Source: Burkholderiales bacterium
GTDB lineage: Bacteria > Pseudomonadota > Gammaproteobacteria > Burkholderiales > JALYOK01
DNA: 64,000 nucleotides
Direction: 5' to 3'
Assembly (NCBI GenBank): GCA_046598945.1
Contig: JBKJHT010000050.1
Coordinates: 1,746-65,745 of the forward strand
This document shows, in pieces, positions 18,009 to 27,436 of the stretch (position 1 is its first letter; the number at the start of each line of letters is the position of its first letter). The position numbers were made by a program, and so were the translations under genes. Below the pieces are notes generated by a model. The model was given only the letters and a program-made list of their open reading frames with translations, was not told the origin of the DNA and made no database searches.

Positions 18009-19709
18009 ATGGGTATGACGCGACGCGAGTTTTTGCATACCCTGGCGGCCGCGAGCGCTGCGGGCTTTGCACTCGATGGTCACGCCGAAGCCAACCCTTA
18101 CGAATTGCCGCGTTTCGGTAACGTCTCCCTGCTGCATCTAACCGACTGCCACGCCCAATTATTGCCCGGACATTTTCGTGAACCCAACATCAACTTAGGG
18201 CTCGGCGCCCACTGCGGCCAGCCGCCGCATATCGTCGGCGACGCGATGCTGAAACACTACGGCATCGCGCCCGGCTCGCGCGCCGCCCATGCTTTCACGC
18301 ATCTGGATTTCGTCGCCGCCGCGCGCACATACGGCAAGGTCGGCGGCTTCGCCCATCTCGCGACATTGGTCAAACAACTGCGTGCCGAGCGCCCAGGTGC
18401 ATTGCTGCTCGATGGCGGTGATTCCTGGCAAGGTTCGGCGACAGCGTTGTGGACAAATGGTCAAGACATGGTCGATGCATCGAAACTGCTCGGCGTCGAT
18501 GTTATGACCGGCCATTGGGAATTCACCCTCGGCGCCGATCGCGTGATGGAAATTGTCGAAAATGATTTTCGTGGCAAGATCGATTTCCTGGCACAAAATA
18601 TCAGCACCCGCGACTTCGGCGATACGGTCTTCAAGGCCCATAGCGTCCGCGAGGTGAATGGCGTTCGCGTCGCCGTGATTGGCCAAGCGTTTCCCTACAC
18701 GCCGATCGCCAACCCGGCCTATAAAGTCCCGCAATGGGGCTTCGGCATCCAAGAGGAATCGCTGCAAAACAGCGTCGATGCATTGCGCGTGCAAGGTGTA
18801 GGCGTCGTGGTATTGCTGTCGCACAACGGCATGGACGTGGATCTCAAACTGGCGTCGCGGGTGAGCGGTATCGACGTGATCTTTGGCGGCCACACCCATG
18901 ACGCAACGCCGGAGCCAATCATTGTCGCCAACCGCTCGGGAAAAACGATTGTGACCAACGGCGGTTCCAATGGAAAATTTCTTGGCGTAATGGATCTCGA
19001 CGTTAAAGCTGGGCGTGTGGCGGGTTATCGATATCGCCTTATTCCCGTCTTCGCCAATCTCATTGCCGCCGATGCCGAAATGGACGCGCTGATTCAGCGT
19101 CATCGCGAGCCCTTTCTGCCTTCCTTGCGGCACGAACTCGCGACCACCGAAACTTTGCTCTACCGGCGCGGTAACTTCAACGGCAGTTTTGACCAATTGA
19201 TCTTGGACGCCATGCTCAAAGTCATGGATGCCGAGATCGCGTTCTCCGCCGGTTTTCGCTGGGGCACCGCACTGTTGCCCGGATCGACCATCACCCGTGA
19301 AGACTTAATGGCGCAAACCGCTATCACCTATCCGTACACGGAAGTGAATGCGTTGAGCGGCGCCGAGATCAAGGCGCTTCTTGAAGATAAGGCGGATAAT
19401 CTGTTCAATCCCGATCCTTATTTGCAGCAAGGCGGCGACATGACGCGGGTCGGCGGAATGCGCTATTCTCTCGAACCCTCTGCGCCCATGGGTCAGAGAA
19501 TCGGTCATATGACCTTAAATGGAAAAGGTATCGAAGCGAACCGGAAATATAGCGTGGCGAGTTGGGCCTCGCTCGACGAAAACGCCGCCGGCCCACCGAT
19601 CTGGAATGTGGTGAGTTGTTATTTGCGCGACCGGCGCGCCATCACCGCGAGCACACTCAATGTGCCGCAACTGGTCGGCGTGAATGGAAATCCCGGATGG
19701 GACGTCTGA
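18009..19709 (+). CDS. soxB: thiosulfohydrolase SoxB
   Basis: 566 aa. Tat signal MTRREFLHTLAAASAAGFAL. Metallophosphoesterase/5'-nucleotidase family (LLHLTDCHAQ, GGDSWQGS, GHWEF, GGHTHD). Confidence 0.95.
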   Translation: MGMTRREFLHTLAAASAAGFALDGHAEANPYELPRFGNVSLLHLTDCHAQLLPGHFREPNINLGLGAHCGQPPHIVGDAMLKHYGIAPGSRAAHAFTHLDFVAAARTYGKVGGFAHLATLVKQLRAERPGALLLDGGDSWQGSATALWTNGQDMVDASKLLGVDVMTGHWEFTLGADRVMEIVENDFRGKIDFLAQNISTRDFGDTVFKAHSVREVNGVRVAVIGQAFPYTPIANPAYKVPQWGFGIQEESLQNSVDALRVQGVGVVVLLSHNGMDVDLKLASRVSGIDVIFGGHTHDATPEPIIVANRSGKTIVTNGGSNGKFLGVMDLDVKAGRVAGYRYRLIPVFANLIAADAEMDALIQRHREPFLPSLRHELATTETLLYRRGNFNGSFDQLILDAMLKVMDAEIAFSAGFRWGTALLPGSTITREDLMAQTAITYPYTEVNALSGAEIKALLEDKADNLFNPDPYLQQGGDMTRVGGMRYSLEPSAPMGQRIGHMTLNGKGIEANRKYSVASWASLDENAAGPPIWNVVSCYLRDRRAITASTLNVPQLVGVNGNPGWDV

Positions 19710-20851
19710 TGGCACGCGTGGCGCTACACTGGCGCTTCGCATTCTGGGTACTGTTGCTCGCGATCAGCGGCGCGGGCTATGGGCTGTGGAAGAAAATTCC
19801 AGTGGAACAGCCCGCGCAAAAATTCAAGACCGAGACAATCGCGCGTGGCGATGTGGTGCAAACCATCACCGCGAACGGTACGCTGAATCCGGTTGTGGTA
19901 ATCAATGTGGGCACACAAATCTCCGGCACGATTCAGAAATTGCATGTCAATTTCAACGATCAAGTGACGGCGGGCCAAATCCTCGCTGAACTCGATCCGT
20001 CATTGCTCAGTGCGACACTGAAGCAAAGCCAAGCGAATCTCGCCAGTGTCGAGGCCAATTTAAGGCTGGCGCGCACTAAGGAAGCACGGGCGCGCAAACT
20101 CGTGGCCCAGGGATTTGTCGTGCAATCGCAGCTCGATGAAGCCGTCGAAGTACTTGACGCCGCCAAGGCGCAAGTCAAAGTCGTCAAAGCGCAAATCGAA
20201 CGCGACGAAGCCAACCTGCGCTACAGCACCATTCGTTCGCCGATCTCCGGAATCGTCATCGCGCGCCCGGTGGATATTGGCCAGACCGTCGCCGCGAGCT
20301 TCCAAACGCCGACGTTATTTCAGATCGCGCAAGATCTCAAAGTCATGCAGATCGATACCAGCATCGCCGAGGCCGATATCGGAAAAATCAAACTGCAACA
20401 GGAAGTGAGTTTTTCCGTCGACACCTTTCCCGACAAAAATTTCTCCGGAAAGGTTAAGCAGATTCGCCTCAATCCGACGATTCAGCAAAATGTCGTCACC
20501 TACAATGTCGTCATTGCCGCGGATAACACGGAAGGCACTTTGCTGCCCGGCATGACCGCCCACGTGCAAATCAATACGCAACGCCGCGAGCAAGTGCTGC
20601 GCGTGGCGAACGCCGCGTTGCGCTATAAGCCCAGCGACGCCGATCTCGTCAACAAAGACAGCAATCCCAAACTCTATAAAGTGATTCAGGGTAAACCGGC
20701 GTCCTTCAACGTCAAGTTGGGCATCGCCGACAACCTCTACACCGAGATTGTTTCCGGCGATCTCAAAGAGGGCGACGAAGTCATCACCCGCGAACTCGGC
20801 GCACGCAAGGGTCAAGGCGATCAAAGCCCGTTCCGCTTTCGGATGATGTAA
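19709..20851 (+). CDS. efflux transporter periplasmic adaptor subunit (HlyD/MFP, MacA-like)
   Basis: The track ORF starts at 19562 inside soxB. A plausible start is ATG 19709 (TGATG overlap with the soxB stop) or 19697. N-terminal TM segment, coiled-coil, beta-barrel MFP architecture. Confidence 0.85.
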   Translation: MARVALHWRFAFWVLLLAISGAGYGLWKKIPVEQPAQKFKTETIARGDVVQTITANGTLNPVVVINVGTQISGTIQKLHVNFNDQVTAGQILAELDPSLLSATLKQSQANLASVEANLRLARTKEARARKLVAQGFVVQSQLDEAVEVLDAAKAQVKVVKAQIERDEANLRYSTIRSPISGIVIARPVDIGQTVAASFQTPTLFQIAQDLKVMQIDTSIAEADIGKIKLQQEVSFSVDTFPDKNFSGKVKQIRLNPTIQQNVVTYNVVIAADNTEGTLLPGMTAHVQINTQRREQVLRVANAALRYKPSDADLVNKDSNPKLYKVIQGKPASFNVKLGIADNLYTEIVSGDLKEGDEVITRELGARKGQGDQSPFRFRMM

Positions 20852-20856
20852 CGCGA

Positions 20857-21561
20857 GTGTCGAATGAGCCACTGATTCGCGTCGAGAACCTCGGCAAGCA
20901 GTACGAGACGGCGGCGCCCGATACGCCACCGGCGCTGAACCAAGTCAGCGTCAATATTTCCGCCGGAGAATTTGTCGCCATCATGGGCCCTTCCGGCTCC
21001 GGCAAATCCACTTTCATGAACTTACTCGGCTGTCTCGATGTACCGACGTCCGGCGCTTATTATCTGCATGGCCGCAACGTCGCGGAATTAAACCTGAACG
21101 AACTCGCCGACGTCCGCAATAGCCAACTCGGCTTCGTTTTCCAGGGGTTTAATCTACTCAAACGGGTCAGCGCATTAGACAATGTCGCGTTGCCGCTGCT
21201 GTACGCGGGCGTCGGCAAGCGCCAGCGGCGCGAGCGCGCACAAGAACTTTTGACGCAAATCGGTCTTGGCAAATATGGACAGTCACTACCGAATCGCATG
21301 TCGGGCGGGCAGCAACAGCGAGTCGCCATCGCGCGCGCGCTGGCCAATTCGCCCAAAGTGATTTTGGCCGATGAGCCCACGGGCAACCTCGACAGCGAAA
21401 CCAGCAATGAAATCATGGGCGTGTTGACTCGCTTAAATCGTGAGCAAGGTCTAACGATTATTCTTGTGACACACGAACTCGATGTCGCGAATTTCGCCAA
21501 TCGTTTGATTCGATTCAAGGACGGTGTCGTGGTTCACGACGGGCCGGTGACGCACCAATGA
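20857..21561 (+). CDS. ABC transporter ATP-binding protein (MacB/LolD-type)
   Basis: Walker A GPSGSGKST, signature MSGGQQQRVAIARAL, Walker B ILADEPTGNLD. Confidence 0.9.
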   Translation: MSNEPLIRVENLGKQYETAAPDTPPALNQVSVNISAGEFVAIMGPSGSGKSTFMNLLGCLDVPTSGAYYLHGRNVAELNLNELADVRNSQLGFVFQGFNLLKRVSALDNVALPLLYAGVGKRQRRERAQELLTQIGLGKYGQSLPNRMSGGQQQRVAIARALANSPKVILADEPTGNLDSETSNEIMGVLTRLNREQGLTIILVTHELDVANFANRLIRFKDGVVVHDGPVTHQ

Positions 21562-22781
21562 ACCCATTCGCAAACCTTGGCGAAGCCTGGCGCGCCCTCG
21601 GCGCCAATCGCATGCGCACCGCGCTGACCATGCTCGGCATGATCATCGGCGTCTCCGCTGTCGTGCTCATGCTGGCGATCGGCGAAGGCGCCAAGCAAAG
21701 CGTCAATCGCTCGGTGCAGTCCATGGGTAGCAATCTGTTCATCGTCATGTCGGGATCGACATCGGCGGGCGGATTACGCGGCGGCTCGGGATCGGCGCCG
21801 ACAGTCACCATCAAAGATGCCGAAGCCATTGGCAAATTGCCATCGATCGCCGCATCTGCGCCGGTCTCGTCGGGCAACGCGCAAGTGATACTGGGCGCCA
21901 ACAACTGGAGCACGCAAATTACCGGCGTCACGCCGGAATATTTCACCGCCCGCTCTTGGGTCATGGAGCAAGGCGACATCCTCAGCGAAACGGACGTGCG
22001 CAACGCCGCGCGCAATGCCATCCTCGGGCAAACCGTCATCAAGAATTTATTTGGCGAAGATAATCCCGTCGGCAAGACCATACGCATCAAGAATCTGCCG
22101 TTCCTGGTCACGGGCACGCTCGAGCCGAAAGGCCAAAGCCTGGACGGCCGCGATCAAGACGATACGATCCTAGTTCCCATCACCACTGCCCAGAGCAAGC
22201 TATTCGGCAACCCCTACCCTGGCACGGTGCGTTTCATCAGCGTGCAAGCAAAATCCGCCGAGGTCATGGACGAAGCGGAAGAAGACATGAAGCAACTCCT
22301 GCGGCAACGCCATCGCATCCAGCCCGGCGGCGAGGATGACTTCAGCGTACGTAATCTCGCCGCCGCCGCGCAAACCGCATCCGCGGCGGCGCAGGCGATG
22401 TCGATGATGCTCGGCGCCATCGGCTCCATTTCGTTGCTGGTCGGCGGCATTGGCATCATGAACATCATGCTCGTTTCCGTCACCGAACGAACCCGAGAAA
22501 TCGGCGTGCGCATGGCTATCGGCGCGCGCCGCTGGGACATCTTGCTGCAATTTTTATTGGAAGCTGTGATGATTTCCGTCATCGGCGGCCTCATCGGCGT
22601 CGGCCTCGGCGCCTGGGGCGCTTACGGTGCCGCGATGGGCCTGGGCATGGAAGTTGAACTCAGTGGCCGGGCGATGCTGGTCGCGTTCGCCGTCGCGGCC
22701 GCAATCGGAATTTTCTTTGGCCTTTATCCTGCGCGCCGTGCTGCAAGTCTTAGGCCCGTCGAAGCGTTACGCTACGAATAA
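21558..22781 (+). CDS. ABC transporter permease (FtsX/MacB-type)
   Basis: 407 aa. N-terminal TM, large periplasmic loop, C-terminal three-TM FtsX domain (...ERTREIGVRMAIGARRWDILLQFLLEA...). Confidence 0.9.
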   Translation: MNPFANLGEAWRALGANRMRTALTMLGMIIGVSAVVLMLAIGEGAKQSVNRSVQSMGSNLFIVMSGSTSAGGLRGGSGSAPTVTIKDAEAIGKLPSIAASAPVSSGNAQVILGANNWSTQITGVTPEYFTARSWVMEQGDILSETDVRNAARNAILGQTVIKNLFGEDNPVGKTIRIKNLPFLVTGTLEPKGQSLDGRDQDDTILVPITTAQSKLFGNPYPGTVRFISVQAKSAEVMDEAEEDMKQLLRQRHRIQPGGEDDFSVRNLAAAAQTASAAAQAMSMMLGAIGSISLLVGGIGIMNIMLVSVTERTREIGVRMAIGARRWDILLQFLLEAVMISVIGGLIGVGLGAWGAYGAAMGLGMEVELSGRAMLVAFAVAAAIGIFFGLYPARRAASLRPVEALRYE

Positions 22782-22823
22782 TCAATAGTGCATCGGGCCA
22801 GGAGCCGCGCGGATATTGGCTTT

Positions 22824-22852
22824 GACCCTAGGTCACCCGGCTAGGCCATGCC
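22824..22852. repeat. REP-family repeat (degenerate core)
   Basis: GACCCTAGGTCACCCGGCTAGGCCATGCC, between convergent genes. Confidence 0.45.
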
Positions 22853-22900
22853 AGGCTGCGCGGCAATCTGCATAACGGCATCAGCCCGCCCACGGTTAAA

Positions 22901-23701
22901 TTATGCGGCCTCGGCCGTCGGCCGTAATTGCTTCTGATAGAGGAACTCCAGTACCCGGGAGCGCAATTCGTGATAATTTGGATCGTGAGCCAATACCAAT
23001 CTTTCCCGAGGTCGCGGCAAATCAATGGCGAGAATTTCGCCGATCTGCGCCGCCGGACCGTTCGTCATCATCACCACTCGATCCGATAACAGCACGGCTT
23101 CGTCAACGTCGTGGGTAACCATCACGACGGTACTCTTCGCTTCCTTAACGATACGCATCAGCTCATCTTGCAAGTGGGCGCGGGTCAACGCATCAAGCGC
23201 GCCGAACGGTTCATCCAGAAGTAAAACTTGTGGTTGCATGACCAACGCGCGAGCGATGCCAACGCGCTGTTTCATACCGCCCGAAATTTCATGCGGATGC
23301 TTATTTTCGGCGTGCGTCAATCCGACCATCTTGAGCACCGCACGAGTACGATCGTTAATCGATTGCCGCGATTCCTTTCCGGCAAACACACGCTCCGCCG
23401 CGAGATGTACGTTACCGAAACAGGTCAGCCAAGGTAGCAGTGAATGGTTTTGAAACACCACGGCTCGTTCCGGACCCGGCCCGGCAATTTCTCGTCCCGC
23501 ACAAAACAACCAGCCGGATGTCGGTTGCAGTAAACCGGCGATGAGATTGAGCAGCGTTGATTTGCCGCAACCGGAATGGCCAATCAGCGCGACGAACTCG
23601 CCTTGCGCGATATTCAAGTCGACGCCGCTTAGAGCGACGAATCTGCCTTTTTTGGTTTCGAAGGCCATTGCCACATCTTGGACTTGCACATATTTGTTCA
23701 T
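22901..23701 (-). CDS. nrtD: nitrate/sulfonate/bicarbonate-type ABC transporter ATP-binding protein
   Basis: 266 aa. GHSGCGKSTL, SGGMKQRVGIARAL, LLLDEPFGALD. Last gene of the nasT-linked transporter operon. Confidence 0.8.
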   Translation of the reverse strand: MNKYVQVQDVAMAFETKKGRFVALSGVDLNIAQGEFVALIGHSGCGKSTLLNLIAGLLQPTSGWLFCAGREIAGPGPERAVVFQNHSLLPWLTCFGNVHLAAERVFAGKESRQSINDRTRAVLKMVGLTHAENKHPHEISGGMKQRVGIARALVMQPQVLLLDEPFGALDALTRAHLQDELMRIVKEAKSTVVMVTHDVDEAVLLSDRVVMMTNGPAAQIGEILAIDLPRPRERLVLAHDPNYHELRSRVLEFLYQKQLRPTAEAA

Positions 23702-23720
23702 TCAATGTCACCTTCGTTAA

Positions 23721-24986
23721 CTAGAAGTTAAAGACCAATGTAACCCAGGCCTTAGTCAGGTCGGCCTTACGCGCGGCGCCGGCGAGAACATCTTTCTCGC
23801 GGAAATTCGCGTATTCGATCTTGCCGCTGAGTTGTTTGGTAAACGGGTAGCTGACGCTGAAATCCAGTTCGTCGCCAAAGTTGATTGCACCGGTGTCGGA
23901 CTTAAAACGATGATATTCGGCGAGTAAAGTTGCTTTGCCGATCTTGCCGCCCGCGGTAAGAAAAGTATCTTTTATGCCTTGGCGCGGTGTCGTCAAAAAG
24001 TGATCGGCCCAACCTTGAAACAGGTGATTAGTGCCCAGTGGCGTCTGAAAAGCATAGGCCCCGTTGTTGCTGGCAAGTTTTTCATGATCGATGCGAACAA
24101 ACCAATCACCCCACTTCGGGCCAATACCGATGCGCAAATAATCGGCGTCGATTTTGTCATCGCCATCAGCGTAGTCGTTTTGCTTAGCGTATTCGGCGGT
24201 GTAAAGCAGCTTAAATTTTTCACCGAACGGATGCCCACCATCGGCACGAATGCCGATGATGCGATTAGATAGATCCGTCACGTTGGCTGCAGCGCCGGGA
24301 AGCTTGGGATCGTCTTGTAAATAAGCATAGCCGATTAGGGTGTCGTGCGGCGTGAACTTATAGGCGCCATGCGCGATCTCAATCGTCGCCTCCCGTTGTG
24401 CCGCGAAGATGCTCTTCACTCGAACCAAATGTCCGAAGTAGAGTTCGGTATTGGGGAGACTCTTATTTTCAACCGTAATGCCGTTGAACACCTGCATGAC
24501 TTGGCGGAATTCCACATTGCCGATGAAGCGTACGTTATCGAGTTTGATGGATTGTTTACCGAGCCGAAAACGGGTGTTGGGGAAGCCGGTATAGTCCAGA
24601 TAGACTTGGTTAAAATCGGTGTCGTCGGGATCGGCGACGAGGGGATAACGCGACGCGGCGTTCTTGCTTGGATCGTCGTTGAAGTCGTCGCTAATGTGGG
24701 CGACGTTAATGGCTTGCACGGTAATACCCACGCCTTTATACGGCTTCGTTTCCCAGCCGACCAAGCTACGCAATGTAAACGCCTGGGCATTTTCCGGCTT
24801 GGTCGCGAGATCGACGTATTCATATCGCGGGCGAAGATTCAATAACAACTTTCCACCCGTGAGGGCATTCAATACACTCTCGGCTTCTTTCTTCTCCTCC
24901 GCGGCGAATGCCCACCTCTGCGAAAACAAGCTCAATGCAAAGACACAACCCAGCACTGCTAATCGAAAAAACTGAAAAGACTTCAT
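23721..24986 (-). CDS. outer-membrane beta-barrel porin (alginate-export-like family)
   Basis: 421 aa. Signal peptide MKSFQFFRLAVLGCVFALSLFSQRWAFA, alternating beta-strand pattern, terminal ...WVTLVFNF. Family call is from memory of the N-terminal LNLRPRYEYV pattern. Confidence 0.6.
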   Translation of the reverse strand: MKSFQFFRLAVLGCVFALSLFSQRWAFAAEEKKEAESVLNALTGGKLLLNLRPRYEYVDLATKPENAQAFTLRSLVGWETKPYKGVGITVQAINVAHISDDFNDDPSKNAASRYPLVADPDDTDFNQVYLDYTGFPNTRFRLGKQSIKLDNVRFIGNVEFRQVMQVFNGITVENKSLPNTELYFGHLVRVKSIFAAQREATIEIAHGAYKFTPHDTLIGYAYLQDDPKLPGAAANVTDLSNRIIGIRADGGHPFGEKFKLLYTAEYAKQNDYADGDDKIDADYLRIGIGPKWGDWFVRIDHEKLASNNGAYAFQTPLGTNHLFQGWADHFLTTPRQGIKDTFLTAGGKIGKATLLAEYHRFKSDTGAINFGDELDFSVSYPFTKQLSGKIEYANFREKDVLAGAARKADLTKAWVTLVFNF

Positions 24987-25021
24987 ATTTATTCCTATGT
25001 TGTTAAGTTTGAATGGTGGGA

Positions 25022-25939
25022 TTATTCGTAGTTAAAACGGCGCGCGACGAACAGCAACAATTGCTCCAGCAGCAAGCCGACAATACCGACAATGAAAATC
25101 GCGATAATGATGTGCTCGACGTTTAGGTTATTCCATTCGTCCCACACCCAGAAGCCAAGACCCACGCCGCCGGTGAGCATTTCAGCCGCGACGATCACCA
25201 GCCACGCCACGCCCATCGATAGCCGCACGCCAGTCATCATGTAGGGCAGCACGGAGGGAAAAAGTATTTTGGTAAACACTTTCCATTCCGATAAATCGAG
25301 CACCTTTGCGACATTCAAGTAGTCCTGCGGAATGCGCGTGACGCCGACGGCAGTATTGATAATCATGGGCCAAACACTGGAAATAAAAATCACCCATATC
25401 GCCGCCGGATTCGCCGCTTTAAACACCAGTAAGCCAATGGGAAGCCAAGCCAGCGGCGATACCGGTCGCAGCAAGGAAATAATCGGCGCCAACATATCAC
25501 TGAGGAAACGAAATCGCCCGATCAAAAAACCAAGTGGAATACCGACCACTGCCGCCAAGCCAAAACCAATGCCGACGCGCTGCAAGGAAGCAAGCACATT
25601 CCAACCGATGCCCTGGTCGTTCGGCCCATTGCGATAGAACGGGTCACTGAAAACCTCGACCGCAGACTGCCACGTTTTCACAGGCCCAGGCAAGCTCTGG
25701 CCAACTTGCGCCACCGCCCCCCAAAGCAATATGAATATCAGCAGCCCCAGAATAGGCGCGACGATGCGACGCGCCAATTCCGTGTCCAGTTTCGTTGTCC
25801 GCGACGGCGCATTGGCGCTTCGTGGTTCGGCCTTGGTCGCGAGGGGATCGATCACGGCGATTTCAGCAGGCTTAACCTTAACGTTCACATTCGCCTCAAG
25901 TGCGGCTAAAGATCGAATCGAGGTTGATGCAGCGGTCAT
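25022..25939 (-). CDS. nrtB: nitrate-type ABC transporter permease
   Basis: 305 aa. Multi-TM BPD-transporter-type permease (…RFRFLSDMLAPIISLLRPVSPLAWLPI…). Confidence 0.8.
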   Translation of the reverse strand: MTAASTSIRSLAALEANVNVKVKPAEIAVIDPLATKAEPRSANAPSRTTKLDTELARRIVAPILGLLIFILLWGAVAQVGQSLPGPVKTWQSAVEVFSDPFYRNGPNDQGIGWNVLASLQRVGIGFGLAAVVGIPLGFLIGRFRFLSDMLAPIISLLRPVSPLAWLPIGLLVFKAANPAAIWVIFISSVWPMIINTAVGVTRIPQDYLNVAKVLDLSEWKVFTKILFPSVLPYMMTGVRLSMGVAWLVIVAAEMLTGGVGLGFWVWDEWNNLNVEHIIIAIFIVGIVGLLLEQLLLFVARRFNYE

Positions 25940-25979
25940 GTTTTTGTCCCTTCGAGTGTTGTGACATTGATTTGCGTTG

Positions 25980-27257
25980 TTACGCTTTTACTGAAAAACT
26001 ACCTGCATATTTTTTCGGATCCTTAGCATCCCAGACAACGCCATCGATTAGTTTTGAAGTACGGAATGGTTCTTTTGGAACCGGCACCTTCAATTGGCTG
26101 GCAGCCTCGTTGTAAAGCGCGATTTGGTTGACTTTCTTTGCGACCGCGAGGTAGTCCGGATCTTCCTTCAACAGACCCCAGCGCCGGTGTTGCGTCATGA
26201 ACCACATGCCGTCCGACAACCAGGGGAAAGACGCCAGGCCGTCGTTATAAAACTTCATATAGTTTTCATCCTTCCATTTCTTGCCTAGACCGTTTTCGTA
26301 ATTGCCAAGGAAACGCTGCTCGATTACATCTTCCGTCGTGTTGACATAGGCCTTTGCCGAAATGATTTGCGCCACTTTGGAACGGTTCGCTTGTGCATCG
26401 ATGAAACGCGCCGCGTCCAACAAAGCCATGATGATGGCTCGCGTCGTGTGCGGATTTTTGCTGGTGAAATCAGCCGTTGTGCCGATGACCTTTTCCGGAT
26501 GATCTTTCCAAATATCCTGAGTCGTCGCGACGCTGAATCCGATCTTGTCGTAAATCGCACGGGCATTCCACGGCTCGCCGACGCAGTAACCATCCATATT
26601 GCCCACGCGCATGTTCGCGACCATTTGCGGTGGCGGCACGGTGATGGTTTTGACATCGGAAATCGGGTTGATGCCGTACGCGCCAAGCCAGTAATAAAGC
26701 CACATGGCATGGGTTCCGGTCGGGAAAGTCTGCGCGAAGGTGTAATCGCGCCTCTCGGCATCAACAAGCTTTTTCAGCCCCTCACCGGTCGTGACGCCTT
26801 TATCTTTGAGCTGATTGGAAAGAGTGATGCCCTGACCGTTGTTATTAATAGTCATCAACACCGACATGTCTTTCTTCGTCCCGCCGATACCCATCTGCAC
26901 ACCGTATATCAAGCCGTACAACACGTGTGCAGCGTCGATCTCACCGTTCACTAGCTTATCGCGCACAGCGGCCCAAGAGGCTTCTTTGCTCGGGATGATC
27001 TTGATGCCATATTTCTCGTCGAACTTCATCATCGAGGCGATCACCACGGACGCGCAGTCCGTCAATGGAATGAATCCGATTTTGACTTCGGTTTTCTCAG
27101 GCGCGTCGGAACCCGCAGCCCATGCGCCTTGTCGGAGCGCCGGCGGCGCCAAGCCCATCATCGCGGCCCCGGTCAACAGGGACGACTGCGTAAGAAATTT
27201 TCGCCGCGGCGACGCGGCGGCGATGGCATCCGTTAATTTCGTCACTTTACTTTTCAT
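25980..27257 (-). CDS. nrtA: NrtA/CmpA-type periplasmic substrate-binding protein (nitrate-type)
   Basis: 425 aa. Tat signal SPRRKFLTQSSLLTGAAMMGL. KIGFIPLTDCASVVIA, typical of the NrtA family. Confidence 0.8.
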   Translation of the reverse strand: MKSKVTKLTDAIAAASPRRKFLTQSSLLTGAAMMGLAPPALRQGAWAAGSDAPEKTEVKIGFIPLTDCASVVIASMMKFDEKYGIKIIPSKEASWAAVRDKLVNGEIDAAHVLYGLIYGVQMGIGGTKKDMSVLMTINNNGQGITLSNQLKDKGVTTGEGLKKLVDAERRDYTFAQTFPTGTHAMWLYYWLGAYGINPISDVKTITVPPPQMVANMRVGNMDGYCVGEPWNARAIYDKIGFSVATTQDIWKDHPEKVIGTTADFTSKNPHTTRAIIMALLDAARFIDAQANRSKVAQIISAKAYVNTTEDVIEQRFLGNYENGLGKKWKDENYMKFYNDGLASFPWLSDGMWFMTQHRRWGLLKEDPDYLAVAKKVNQIALYNEAASQLKVPVPKEPFRTSKLIDGVVWDAKDPKKYAGSFSVKA

Positions 27258-27280
27258 ATTGCGGTCCTCGTGTCAGAAAT

Positions 27281-27328
27281 AAAAAAAGCGCCCGAGTCGA
27301 AGCAATAAATTACTTCGAGTTGGACGCC
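27281..27328 (-). terminator. intrinsic terminator (attenuator) in the nrtA 5' leader
   Basis: The minus strand reads GGCGTCCAACTCGAAG-taatttattg-CTTCGACTCGGGCGC followed by TTTTTTT. It ends 23 nt upstream of the nrtA ATG, after which a GAGGA SD follows. Confidence 0.7.
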
Positions 27329-27391
27329 GTTATCCAGCGCGGGCCTTCTGTAGTCCGCGTTACTAAATTTGGTAGCCGCCCGCCGTTGGGC
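27322..27391 (-). promoter_or_regulatory. candidate ANTAR-binding dual-hairpin RNA (two hexaloops AACGGC)
   Basis: Minus strand: GCCC-AACGGC-GGGC (27378-27391) and GGAT-AACGGC-GTCC (27322-27335). Both loops have A at position 1 and G at position 4. The 3' half of the second hairpin is the 5' arm of the terminator. Confidence 0.6.
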
Positions 27392-27436
27392 CGCCGCTGT
27401 TAAATCCGTTGCTTATTCGATGAATTATCCTTGCAT

